Source: Anolis carolinensis (lineage: Eukaryota). Taken from it: 64,000 nucleotides of DNA. Shown in pieces: positions 1-11,255 of the stretch (positions are counted from its first letter, which is position 1; each line of letters begins with the position of its first letter). Both the position numbers and the translations under genes were made by a program. The stretch lies in contig NC_085842.1 of assembly GCF_035594765.1 (NCBI RefSeq), positions 125,749,036 through 125,813,035 on the forward strand. The letters are read 5' to 3'. The notes below the pieces were generated by a model. The model had not been told where the DNA came from, ran no database searches, and worked only from the letters and a program-made list of their open reading frames with translations.

Positions 1-1373
1 ACATGGAATTCATCTATTGAAGAAAGGGGGCATTTTTCTGTTCAAGTAAAGTAAATTACTCGCATGTTGAACACATATCCTTATGCATACTATAGAAAAA
101 CAGCTGTCAAGTGCTGATCCTATTATCCTTTCTTTCTATTAAAAGTACAGCTTAACTTTGCTACAAGCAATGGCCAACTATTTGAAACAGACTTGCCTAA
201 CTAATGTAATTTTGCAGCTTCTGTCACCATAGTTATCATTCCAATATGGCTATAGAACTACTGGATCTAAACAATGTTCTCTAATTTTCAATGCACTAGA
301 TTATTTAGAACAGAATGAGCTAAGCTTAACTTGGGTGTCCTGAAACAAGTCCAAATGTGTTTCCACACTCTTTAATTATAATAACAAATGTAAATGAGTT
401 ATATCCTCTTGTCATGATCACAGTACAGGAAATATTTATTGACTAAGGAAGGCCGCAAAAATATTAAATGAAACACTAAATGTACGTTATAAAGCACAGA
501 TACACCCATATGGCTTTTCTGTATGGATTCTGTATGGATACCCTCCTAGTTTTGATGCTTACTGCAGGCTTCTGACCGTCTTCATTTCAAATCTTATACA
601 TGTGGAAATGTATGGCTTCCAACCGCTGACATCCTACTGTATTGTTATGTCTCTTCTTTCTTTTTGCAGTCTGAATTGAGAGAGTGTAAAAGCTCTTGCT
701 TTTCATGGAGGGAGGTTTTAAAACAACCTTTCCCTCAAATTTTGGACATTTTAGAAAGTAGCTTGTAGTCTCAATAGGAGATACTCTTTTCTTGAACATC
801 AGTAAAATATATCCAATTAGATATCCTAATTTATTTAATGATTGTTAACAGGTGTCGTGGTTCAGGTGAACTGCCTCAGGGTTTTGTCCTAAGGCTATCA
901 CACTTTAACATTTTATCAGTGACTTAGATGACAGGATGAAGGGAATCCTTATCAAGTTTGCAGATGATGCAAAAGTAAGGGTTAGAGTTTACATATTGGA
1001 AGAGAATTCAAAAAGACTGAGATAAACCAGAAAGTTGAGCAGAATTTAATAAAATGTTATTTAATAGAGACAAATGCAAAATTCTATATTTAGGCCAAAA
1101 AAACCCCCCAAAATCTCAAATATAGAATGTGGGACACATGGCTCAGTACTGTGTGAAAAAAAGGACTCTAGGATTATTGTTGATCAACATTTGAATGTGT
1201 GCCAGCAGTCTGATGCTGGCGCAAAAAAGTGAATGCTGTCTTATCCTGCATTAAAATAAGTATAGTTTCCAAACTGAGGAAAATAATAGTCCCATTATAT
1301 TGTACACTGATAGGGCCCAATCTGGAGTACTGTGTTCAGTTCTGGGCATTTCATTTTGAGAAGTGCCCAGAAC

Positions 1374-1481
1374 TTGGCATGGCAAACTTCGGCCCTCCAG
1401 GTGTTTTAAACTCCAACTCCCACAGGAATTGTGGGAGTTGAAGTCCAAAACAAATGGATAGTCAAAGTTTGCCCATGCCTG
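1374..1481. mobile_element. Palindromic hAT-type MITE inserted in CR1
   Basis: Arms ggcatggcaaact / agtttgcccatgcctg; internal inverted repeat caactcccaca / tgtgggagttg; same architecture as 47959-48093. TSD not recovered. Confidence 0.75.
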
Positions 1482-1496
1482 ATATAGACAAAATTG

Positions 1497-1680
1497 CATA
1501 GTGGTTTGAGCATAGGACCGCAAATCTGGAGACCAGGGTTTGATTCCTCACTCAGCCATGGAAACTTATGGGTTAACCTTGGACAAACAACATACTATCA
1601 GCTCCAAAAAAAAAATCCTTTCACAATTTCACTTTAGGATTGCCATAAGTTGGAAGCCACTTGAAAGCACATAACAACAA
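1497..1680 (+). mobile_element. tRNA-derived SINE
   Basis: A-box-like tagtggtttgagc, B-box-like ggtttgattcct; 3' end ttgccataagttggaagccacttgaaagcacataacaacaa; homologous to 55640-55865. Confidence 0.75.
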
Positions 1681-1999
1681 ATATACAAGTTTGCACAGAT
1701 TCAGAGAAGGTAATGGGGATTATATGAGTTTACCTGTCTGAACTCATCTCCCTCTATAAACCACCACGGAGATTAAGATCTTCCAGGAAGGCCCTGCTCT
1801 CTGTCCTGCCACCTTCACAGGCGCGATTGGTGGAGACGAGAGACAGGGCCTTCTCAGTGATTGTCTTTCAGCTATGGTACTGCCTCCCTGGTGAAATTAG
1901 ATCTGTCCCCTTCCTCCTGACCTTTAGAAAGATGGTAAAGGCCTGGATGTGGGACCAAGCCTTTGGGGCAGTGCAATGAGGCAATAATTGGAAACCTAC

Positions 2000-3146
2000 T
2001 GTCAAGAGTCAGACGCCAATTAGCGAACAAAAATAGAGTTTATTCAGCAGATAAGCCAAAAAGTAATGTAAACACAGAAAAAACCTTGAAACACTTCACT
2101 ATCAGTGCTTCAAGAGCAGTTCAAACAAAAATATAATTCAGCAACACAAGCAGGTAAAAACAAAGCTAAACAAACTTAGTGCAAACTGCACTTTCTGAGT
2201 CCAAGCCCTGCCAGCCGGCTCTGTAGTTTTCAAAGGAACAGTTCCCAAAAGAAAACACCAAATTGGTCAGGAAACAAACAAACAAACTAAGAATTCAGTA
2301 GACTGCTTCCACAATGTGGATAAAGCCGAAGGCTCCAAAAGGATGGTGAAAAGACGTCGTCCGGGATTCCAAGGTCAGGTCAGGAGATAACAGCGGTGTC
2401 CAAAGAGCAAGCCAGGAGTCAAAAGCCGATAGTAGTCATCAATCACAGGGCAAAGGCAGTAGCAAGGTCAAATTCCGATCCAAGGTCTGAAGAGGGTGCA
2501 GTCATCCAAAACAGGTCCACGATAAGACACAGCGAGAGCCAAGCTAGGTGATAACAGCAGATTTAAATCATAGTCCAAGTCCAATCTTCATGGAAACACA
2601 GAGATCCCAATGGCGCCTCAGCAACACCTTGCCACACGCAAAGTGCAGTGGCCAAACATTCCCATTTTATTCCCCTTCCTCCTGGGTGACCAAACACTCA
2701 CACCCAAACACCAGGTGTCCCAAATCTACTCAGAGTCTGAACTCCACACAGCTAGAGCTCGTGGATCTGGAGTACCTAGCAATTCGTCGGAGTCCCAATC
2801 ATCCTGCCCACACTTAGCCCCATGAACACTTAAAGAACCATCCTCCCTTCTCCAAGCATCCCAATTGGGATCAGCTCCTGCAGAAACCCCAGGTTCAGAA
2901 GTATCCATAGGCCCCAAATCCCCAGACATCTCCGGTGGCTGTGCCCATTCAGTGCCCGCTTCCCCAGCCACCACCTGTTCCTCAGCATCCACCTCCCCAT
3001 CTGAATCTTCCTCAGAAGATCCCCCATATAGCTCTCTAAGTCGCTTCCTGCGCAACTCCTCCGGTGAACCCTCATCACGAGGGTTTTTTCTTCCTCTTCG
3101 AATTCCATCACCATCAACCATAATCCCCGAAGGCGTAGTCACAACA
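2000..3146 (-). mobile_element. Solo LTR (1147 bp), Gypsy/BEL-type
   Basis: TG...CA termini (tgtcaaga...tcacaaca); exact 5-bp TSD cctac at 1995-1999 and 3147-3151; minus-strand AATAAA at 2039-2044; TATA-like ggaataaaat near 2665-2672. Confidence 0.9.
2726..3145 (-). CDS. Putative ORF within LTR U3: ~139-aa acidic, low-complexity peptide with a basic cluster; probably the tail of a retroelement ORF
   Basis: Frame is open from LTR base 2 to the stop at 2726-2728; contains RRKRLRELY and SSEEDSDGE. No expression evidence. Confidence 0.35.
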   Translation of the reverse strand, partial: VVTTPSGIMVDGDGIRRGRKNPRDEGSPEELRRKRLRELYGGSSEEDSDGEVDAEEQVVAGEAGTEWAQPPEMSGDLGPMDTSEPGVSAGADPNWDAWRREDGSLSVHGAKCGQDDWDSDELLGTPDPRALAVWSSDSE

Positions 3147-4963
3147 CCTACTCCGCTGACCAGAGCCAGAACATTGTCCTGAGTTGATTTAAACAGCTGA
3201 TTTTAAAGTACATATAACTGATTTTAATGTTTAATGTTTTAATGTTTGTGTATAATTATTTTATGTCCCGTCATGGAATGCTTGCCATATATATGTTAAG
3301 CTCCACCCTGAGTTCCCTTCGGGATGAGAAGGGCGGAATATAAATGTCTTAAGTAAATAATAAATAAGAGTTGTAGAGAACAAAATATATGAGAAAAACT
3401 TGAAAGAGCATGTATGGAAAAAAAAGACATGAATGCACTATTTACCTGAAGTGTCACAGAGAGGAGGGGGCAGTTTTCTTCTCTGCTATCCCAGAGTGTA
3501 GGACTGATTCTAATGATTTGAAGTTACAAAAGGATAGATTTCAATTGAACATTAGAAGGAGCTCATTGACAGTAGGAGTGGTTTGGCAATTGCCTGTGGG
3601 GATGGTGGGTTCTCCTTCTCTGAACATCTTCAAAAAGAGGATAAACCTACTGTGATCTCTTTAGTTGGAGATCCTACGAGATCCTCGTACATTAGCCACA
3701 GGACTCCTTTCAACTCTATGATTCTATGAGTCTTTACCCCCTGCCCCACACTGCCTTGCATATTTGTTCTTCTGAAATAATACTGGATACAATTCTAGAT
3801 CAGTCATCTTGATTACATAGCTGAGTAGGTACCATGTCCTGGTCTAAATCTCACCACCATCTGAATCTGCAGACAGTTGCTGCTGCAAATGATAGAGGTC
3901 TGTTCTCACATCAATTTAGTTGCAGCAGACTGACATTTTCACTTTCTGCAAGGAATCTCTGGTGTGACAGGCAGAAACAGGATCCCTATCCTTCTTGCAC
4001 TGGAGATGACTCATGTGAGAAAAGTGGAAACATCACTCTGCTATGTCTTCATTGACAGAAAAACAGACCCCTGTTGCTCATAATGACTGCTGCATTGTTG
4101 GTTTGGATTGGGAATTTTTCACAATTCCTATGTATTTCTTACTGTATTGAATACATAGGGACCATGACTATAAACCAATCACAAATGCATGTCTAGGTCA
4201 CACATCTGTAACTATGATAATGCATTCCAGCCAAATGTTTCATCCTGTCAGCAACAACTGGTGATTTCCATGTCAGTGCAGCAGCAAATCCACCCTGGGT
4301 GTTAATCTAAATTTTAAAGGGGTATCCAGAGTGTAGACTCCTACCTTCAAAATAGGTTCAGAAGCTGGATTCACTGACATAGGGACCACAAATAAGCAAT
4401 GCATCCAAATGCTTCTATATTCCTGTCTATGCTAGTATAATGGTGTGTTTTCAAAAGGATTTAAAAGGTTGCAACATACTTTTATTGTAATAATCTGGTG
4501 AGATCATTGACTACACTAAATAATACATATGATCTACCAAAGCATTAATCTAGCCTTTGATAGTTTTAGCAGTAGAGACTGGATTATTTGTACCTGGATA
4601 TTCAGAGTGGCTTCTGAAGACCATCCTTCAGACTTCAGCAATCCTCTTACAGTATCAAATGAGTGAAATCCTACTTCTTCTTTGTGAGTCCTATTGTGCA
4701 AACAGGGAAGGCTTTAACCTTAAAAGGTGATAACAGTGAACCCAACCTTCCCAGTGGTGATTACTGCTGTACTTTTGCACGCACACCATTGAAAATTTCT
4801 CCAGATAATGACCCTGGTGACATTCAGAAAATTTTATCTTTAAGTGAACCTTTTAAAGCCGTTACAGGCCCTTTGATCTAATATATTTGGTCTTCTTAAC
4901 ATTTAGGCTAATTAGTTTTATTTTTCACTGTGGCTACAAGTCAAATTGTTATTTTATATTGCA

Positions 4964-5235
4964 TAAGTTGAGCATCACTTATCCTGAAATCCAAAATATT
5001 TCACAATCCAAAATTGTCCACATGGGTGTTATGTTTGCTTTCTAATAATTCAGGGTACACGAACTTTGTTTCATGCACAAAATTATTAGTAATGTTGTAT
5101 AAAATTACCTTCAGGCTATGTGTATAAAGTATTTATGACTTGTATGCCAAAGTATATGCAAGCATTCCAAAATCTAGAAAAAATGAAATGTGTGACACTT
5201 TTGGTCCCAAGCATGTCAGATCAGAAACTCTACTG
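4964..5235 (+). mobile_element. Tigger/pogo-type MITE resembling mammalian Tigger4/MER46
   Basis: gttgagcatc.cttatc terminus; internal tacacgaactttgtttcatgcacaaaattatt..tgtataaaattaccttcaggctatgtgtataa; end ggtcccaagcat..cagat. A second copy lies in reverse at 44783-45040. Confidence 0.75.
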
Positions 5236-7065
5236 ATTTTTAAAAATACAATCTTTTTTGTGAACTAACTTGTTTATGAGAAAATATGTAGAAAATGAGA
5301 TTTTAAAAAATCTCAGGTACCTATCCCTATTTCCCTACACCCAGCCCAGGCCAATGATGAAACCTTGTCATTCTCTTCATGTTCCAGTATGCTTCATAGA
5401 TAACATTACCATGTATTTAAAACTTTACCTTACAACATGAAAAGAAAGAATATCGATAGTTAACTGCTCCCTTTCTGCTAAATATTCACCAAGCCTGCAT
5501 TTCCTCCTGGGGGATTCCGCATGAAAAGGCTGCTCTATTGCACTGCCTCTGTATATCAAGCCCGAAAGCACCTGCTGTGCTGCTCAAAGCATAAGGTCTG
5601 ACATCACAGTCATTTCAATGCATAGTCAATAGGCGGCTATGGCAGGCCTGAGGAGAGCAGTGGCAAAATGACTCAAAGAGAGTGGCAGGCAGGCTCTTCC
5701 TTCATCCTCAAGTCAGAGTCAAAAAGCCAGTGCATTTTTGAAATGAAAGCTGGATGCTCACTGCTTCTGGATGTGGGAGGAAATAGCTTTCCTATAAACA
5801 AAGAACTACTGTGAGGTATATTTCTCTTGACCCACAAACATAATTATATTTGCTCAACCTCATAATTTCAGGGCACCAATGTACCCTCTTCTTCTTTTTT
5901 CCTTTTTTTGTGACTAACTTGATCCAGTCAATAGATGACACATATTGCCCATCATGTCTGATCTATTTCTATTCCAGGTTGAAGTGGAACACAAGTCTAG
6001 GCAGTCTAATACAAAATATCCCACTGGCCAATAACCCACTAGCATGGCAGAGCTTCAGTATATTTCCTGTTCATCAGCTTTTATAGATCTTCAAAAATTA
6101 AAGCTGAGCCAAATGGGAACTTCTTGTTTTAACACAATTCAAAATATTCAGGGGAGAGAAAAAAATTACCTGAATCATCCCACTGGGTCACTTTTCACAT
6201 GACCCCCCCCCCCCTTCTTTTTCCCCTTGCTTTAAAGTTCTCTTCTTTCCTTACAGAAATGCTAGACAGCATTAAGAGGGGGGATTGCCAATCTTACAAA
6301 TTAACAGTCACATAAAATTTGTCAGTTTGCAAATGAGCAGAAGGTGGTTCCTGTCTTCAGTGTTTGTGAGTTTGGAGGTTGATGGGCCTTTGGGGGCAAT
6401 ATCACTATTTTTAAAGTCCTCCGGAAACAACAAATGAACATTTTTGGCTAAATTATTTTCACTATATTACTCCCTGACTCACTCTAGAGAAAGGACTGGA
6501 AAGATTACCCTCTGCATTGGTATCATGGTGATGACAGTGGACTGGCCTCTTGCTTGTGAGAAAATGTGTATTTCGCCTTCCTAAAGCCAAGAGGAAGCAA
6601 AACTTCTCAAAATACCATACAAGTAAACTGATATATTAAAAAGGGCCTTTTCAATAGTCAAGCATGCATTAAAGGTTACCGTATATAGATCCTACAACAT
6701 ACAGTATAATGGTCTACCCATTCCTCTTCCCTCTTGCTGAAGGTCTGGAAAGGGGACAATATCAGCTGTCTTTTGCGGATTGCAGAAATGCACTGGCTGC
6801 TACAATGTCACATTCCACCTGCCTGTTCCTGGCCAGCAAATATCTGTGACAGTGTGCTTCTAGTGCTTTGAGGCTGATGTGGGCAGGGTGGATGTTGCAT
6901 AGTGAGGTACTGAGTATTTTTTTTACACCTAAGCTTTGTGTGTTTGCAGGATTATTTCCTGTTGAGAACATATATCCTAACTAGCTACTGAAAAGGTTAA
7001 GTAAAAGTCAAGGGCTCCACTCATCATCTTGAGAAGTACAGAGATGAAGAATGGAGACGTCTGTA

Positions 7066-7230
7066 TTAGGTGTGCAAAACAGCAGAAATCACTTCCACTT
7101 TTGCTTTGAATTTTGGATTTTCCCCATTTCGGGAAGATTTGGAAGGGGCGTTTCAATTTGTAACTCAAAATTTGGAGTTTCATTATTGTTTTGGTAGGGT
7201 CAAATTGAATGCCATGGGAAATGACAGACA
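7066..7230 (+). mobile_element. Left arm of a non-autonomous DNA element with aggtgtgcaaa terminus
   Basis: aggtgtgcaaaa at 7068-7079 is the reverse complement of 10226-10237; the same terminus occurs at 39406. Confidence 0.5.
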
Positions 7231-7299
7231 CCAAAACTGTTAGAGCACAAAAGATCAGCATCAGACCTCTTGGCTAGTTCAATTGACAAACTACACTAG

Positions 7300-7790
7300 G
7301 AGTTGTGGACTTCCAATTCTATATTTAAATCTCCTAGAAGAACTATATCCAAAAATTGTTGCATAACGAATACTGAATATAGAAGCTGCCAGAAAGACAT
7401 TGTTACCCTTAGTAAAGCCAACACATTGAAATTGTTAAGTCATTTTAAACATAGTTTTCAAACAGCCCAATATCTAAAAACAGAAAGGCCTCAACACCTC
7501 AGGAGAGTATTTACCAAAACTAGATTTGAATCACTGGATACAATGGTCAAACGTGGAAGGTTTAACCAAGTTCCATATAATGAATGATTCTGTATCGGTG
7601 GAGCATCAGAGGTAGAAAATATTATATATGTACTGTTTAGTTGTAACTTGTATAAGAAAGAGAAAAACTGATACCTCAAACCATACATTATACAAAAGAC
7701 ACACTGGAATCCTTATATTAAAACAAAAATTTTACTGGCCAGCCAGAATCCTAAAATAACATACCAAAGGCCCCTTTTCTATATAAAGCA
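7300..7790 (+). mobile_element. Degenerate non-LTR retrotransposon ORF2 C-terminus (RTEX-like)
   Basis: YLKTERPQHLRRVFTKTRF..RGRFNQVPYNE*FCIGG..VENIIYVLFSCNLY resembles the decayed C-terminal CCHC region of RTEX/L2-group LINEs. Confidence 0.6.
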
Positions 7791-8489
7791 ACTCAGCTGA
7801 GAACTGCATATTTGGAGTCGATAGGGGTAAACTGTAGGGGTGATGCAGATACTTGATCTGGATGAGGGTCTTGATCCCTTGTAAACAGCTCATTTGTTTT
7901 AACTTTTGTTGTACCATGGGTTGTATGCTGTATGCGTATGTTTTAAATGTGTCAAGTGTTTGATATGGCTGATGGGCTAATCAATAAAACGTCAATGGGA
8001 AACTTGCAAGGCTCATTTTTGTTTCATTTAAAAGCTATCAAGATTAAACTTGCCACACTTGTAGACCACATTTACAACTGTAAGTCTGCCAAGTTTCAGA
8101 ATGTTTCAGTTATCCACTCAGTTTTAAGAATTTTTAAAAGGTTTTACAAATTAAATGTCTTTTAAAAAAACCCAGAAGAGTATCCCTTTGAATTTCTCCA
8201 CATCAACAGAACACGAGTAGGGCATCATTCCTGCATGCCCAAGTAGATATCACCCAAACCTCCCTAGCAGAACATGGAAAACAAAAGTTGGATAATTTCA
8301 ACAGAGGAAGATAGATGTCAATGAAGGGACACAAAGAAAAAGAATTCTCTTAAAGCTAAGCTAGCAGCTAGTAGCTAGAGTAGTGCTCTTATAAGTTTTA
8401 AGAAACAAACAGGCAGAGGAACTGAACGGAGCTAAGGACACACATTTATTCTCTCTCTGAACACCACACCACCACAGAAAATGGAGGAG

Positions 8490-8560
8490 CTGCACATGGT
8501 TATATATAGACCAGCTTTGCAGAAACCCGTGTGATAGGCTTTCTCCTTCTGATTGGTTAT
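8490..8560 (-). promoter_or_regulatory. CCAAT plus TATA promoter-like arrangement, probably TE-derived
   Basis: The minus strand reads aaccaatcag, then tatatataa about 45 nt downstream. Confidence 0.3.
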
Positions 8561-8669
8561 CAAAGAAAAAAACTGCATGCAGCTGTCCATGTCAATCTCA
8601 TGAACTAGGATGAAAAGAATATAAAAAAGAGATATACAAAAATGGTATGAATATTTAGCCGACTATATG

Positions 8670-9686
8670 TGTGACGGCACACTGAGGGAAAAGGAATCTA
8701 TTTGTCTGGCTGTCGATTTACCCTATGATGCACTTTAAACCCTTTAAAGTAAACACTGCTGAAACTGAATAAAGATAACCAAGAATATGTTTATTGAACA
8801 AAAACAGTGTTAACTTCAGTCAGGATTATTGAATAAGCCAAAATATAATATAACAGAAATGAAGCATTTAGATAGACCTCAATCACATTGGAAATAAACT
8901 CTTTGCTGTATTTGAAATAATATGAGGTAAAATATAAACTAATAATGATAAAATACAGAACCGATAATAGTAAAATGCTATAGGCTTTGTGGTATGTACT
9001 CTGAACTAAATTGGCTGTGATATCTTTAAGAGTATAAGGATATTGAGGTAAGGTATATGCTCAACTAAAATGGCTGTAAGGTTGGTGCACAAGGTTATAA
9101 ATTAATATACATTTGGCTATGAGGTAAGTATAAATTATAGTAATTATGAGGTATGTAACTTTTCTTTGGGCTATGTTGGTAAATACAGAACTAAAAGTTA
9201 TAGAGACTATGAGGTAAGTACAGAACTAAAAGCTATAAAGGCTATGAGGTAAGTACTTTACTAAACTATGAGATAAGTACACTCTTTGGCTATGATGTCT
9301 TTATGGTAATTACAGAACTAAAGGCTAAAGTAAAATTCTCTAATCTTTGTGATAAGCACAGTAAGGCTTTAAAGTAAATACTTTTATCTATAATAGCTAT
9401 AAGGTATGGTAAGCACGTGATATAGATAGCCTGTTCTGGTTTGCCAGGCCAAAAGGAACCCAGACCATTCTTATGACCTAACTCTAAAAAGCCTTGATCT
9501 GGAATGAAAATGGAGGGGGAAAGGCCTCTGAGATCAGCTCTCAGACAGTATGGCTGAACCAACTTAACCAGGCCAACAGGGGAGTTTTAAGCTCCACCCC
9601 TAAAATAAGAGCAAATGGAACAGTCTACCCAAGAGCAGCAAACCAGGAAAAGAGCAAAGGAGGGAAAAGCTAAGTAAGACATAACA
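8670..9686 (-). mobile_element. Solo LTR (1017 bp) with internal degenerate tandem repeats
   Basis: tgtgac...ataaca termini; exact 5-bp TSD atatg at 8665-8669 and 9687-9691; minus-strand AATAAA at 8790-8795; TATA-like cttaaaa near 9585-9591. Confidence 0.85.
8920..9416 (+). repeat. Degenerate minisatellite, core ctatGAGGTAAGTAcagaactaaa
   Basis: Exact gaggtaagta at 9121, 9211 and 9246; variants near 8924, 8989, 9045, 9148, 9177, 9270, 9303 and 9406. Confidence 0.8.
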
Positions 9687-10119
9687 ATATGCATCAAGAT
9701 TACATCATGGATAGAAAAAAATAAATATACAATGGATACCCCAGGGGAAAATGGAAAGGAAAATGGGAAGAACTGATAGCCAAGGTCAAGGGCAACAGAA
9801 AATATAAGGAATTGAACCAGACTATCTTGATCCAACAAACAGAATGAATGATAAAGGAAATGCATGACTCTTCCCAGATGGAGGGGAGTGAATGGGAGAG
9901 GGAGGGGGAGGGGGGAAAGCAGTGAAAAGGGGATAAATACAAGTAAGGGAACAAAGGCAATTACTTATTAAATCTTTTCTCTCTTTTTTGTTAAGATAGT
10001 ATATGTCGTACATGTTATCTTCTAAATTCCCTCAGGAGGAAATGTGGTTATGTTTTACTCCACTTGTTTGATGCTCTTTTTTTTAAAGAGTATGTTATAT
10101 TGGAATAAAAGGTCACAAT

Positions 10120-10240
10120 GAACAATCTTTTCCGAATTTATCCAAAAGATTAAGAGGCTTGTGTTTCGATTCATAAATATCTCCAAATCACTGAAATTTT
10201 CCAAAATCCAAAATGGCATTCAGAATTTTGCACACCTCTA
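10120..10240 (-). mobile_element. Right arm of an aggtgtgcaaa-terminus DNA element
   Basis: Ends ttttgcacacctcta, the reverse complement of tagaggtgtgcaaa at 39406. Confidence 0.55.
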
Positions 10241-10526
10241 GGCTTTATATGACCAATTATTTTTCCAGTCATATGGTCTTGTTTCTTGTTTTTCCTCTTG
10301 TTCTCTTCCTCTCCTCCTTCCTCCTCCTCCTCCTTTTATCTTAGGAACACAGACTCAAAGCAGCTACATAGAGACAGAAAAGAGATATTTATGACCAGGC
10401 ATTCCATAGATAAAAAAACCTCAATTTGGAGGCTTTAGGTGTCAAAAACAGAAGTGTTTCACATACAGAAAATCCTGTCCTATCTAAACCGCAATTGCTC
10501 TAACAGAATGATGGCAGGGGGTTGGT

Positions 10527-10568
10527 GGGGGGGGGGGGGGGGGAGAGAGAGAGAGAGAGAGAGAGAGA
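10527..10568 (+). repeat. Poly-G run followed by (GA)n microsatellite
   Basis: Read directly from the sequence. Confidence 0.95.
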
Positions 10569-11255
10569 ATGCTAGAATTTTCCAATAGAATTCATTTCCA
10601 CACTGACATTGGAGCTAGCTTCCCGCTTAACCCTCCATCAAGATATTTATCACAGTCACAAGTATTTCCTATTCGGGTAGAAAACTTTAATGTATCTCAA
10701 TGCAATAATTTAAGGCTACAATTATCCTTTTTTCCCATTTGTAACATAATTTGGGTTGAAGCCAGCCAAAATATAAAGGAATGAATAAATGATCAAAAGG
10801 TGACATTCAGCCTCACCTACTTCTGATTACTTATTCAGAAAGTCCAAGCTGTTATGGCCTTTTGTAAAATTTGAAAGGGAAACGAGCCCTCATTTTAATG
10901 CCAGTGCAGCTAGATGCCAAAGTAACAAATAGACTTCTAAGCCGCACTAAAAAAATAATTGCCACTTCTCCATTCATAGTTTTATGCAGATTTTGAAAAA
11001 GTTACTTTTGGGTTTTTTTGTGTGTGAGGAGCGACTTGAGAAACTGCAAGTCGCTTCTGGTGTGAGAGAATTTGCTGTCTGCAAGGACATTACCCAGGGG
11101 ATGCCCGGATGTTTTGATGTTTTACCATCCTTGTAGAAGGCTTCTTTCATGTCCCCACATGGAGCTGGAGCTGATAGAGGGAGCTCATCTGCGCTCTCCC
11201 TGGATAGAATTCAAATCGGCAACCTTCAGGTCAGCAACCCAACCGTCAAGTCAGC

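Larger units (their letters stand above)
1731..3367 (+). mobile_element. L2 LINE 3' end inserted in CR1 and itself interrupted by a solo LTR
   Basis: L2 ORF2 tail-like sequence (gagacagggccttctcagtg..ctccctggtgaaattaga); terminal ccctgagttcccttcgggatgagaagggcggaatataaat plus (taaa)n; candidate TSD gagtt at 1726-1730 and 3368-3372. Confidence 0.85.
845..3729 (+). mobile_element. Degenerate 5'-truncated CR1 LINE, split by nested insertions (CR1 segments ~845-1365, ~1482-1496, ~1681-1730, 3373-3729)
   Basis: RT-like translation PQG..NI.ISDLDDRMKGILIKFADDAK at ~873-975; [18 protein letters not shown] in ORF 1229-1441; KLQKDRFQLNIRR in ORF 3410-3655; CR1 3' tail caactctatgattctatga ending ~3729. 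Contains frameshifts. Confidence 0.92.
8600..10110 (+). mobile_element. L1-like 3' fragment interrupted by a solo LTR
   Basis: Joining across the LTR TSD gives KWYEYLADYMHQDYIM (L1 ORF2-tail-like); G-rich 3' UTR at ~9880-9920; aataaa near 10104. Confidence 0.45.

Noticed and set aside
6235-6350. Polypyrimidine tract plus cag as a splice acceptor of a coding exon
   Set aside because: No convincing downstream donor or protein-like frame; such motifs are frequent by chance.
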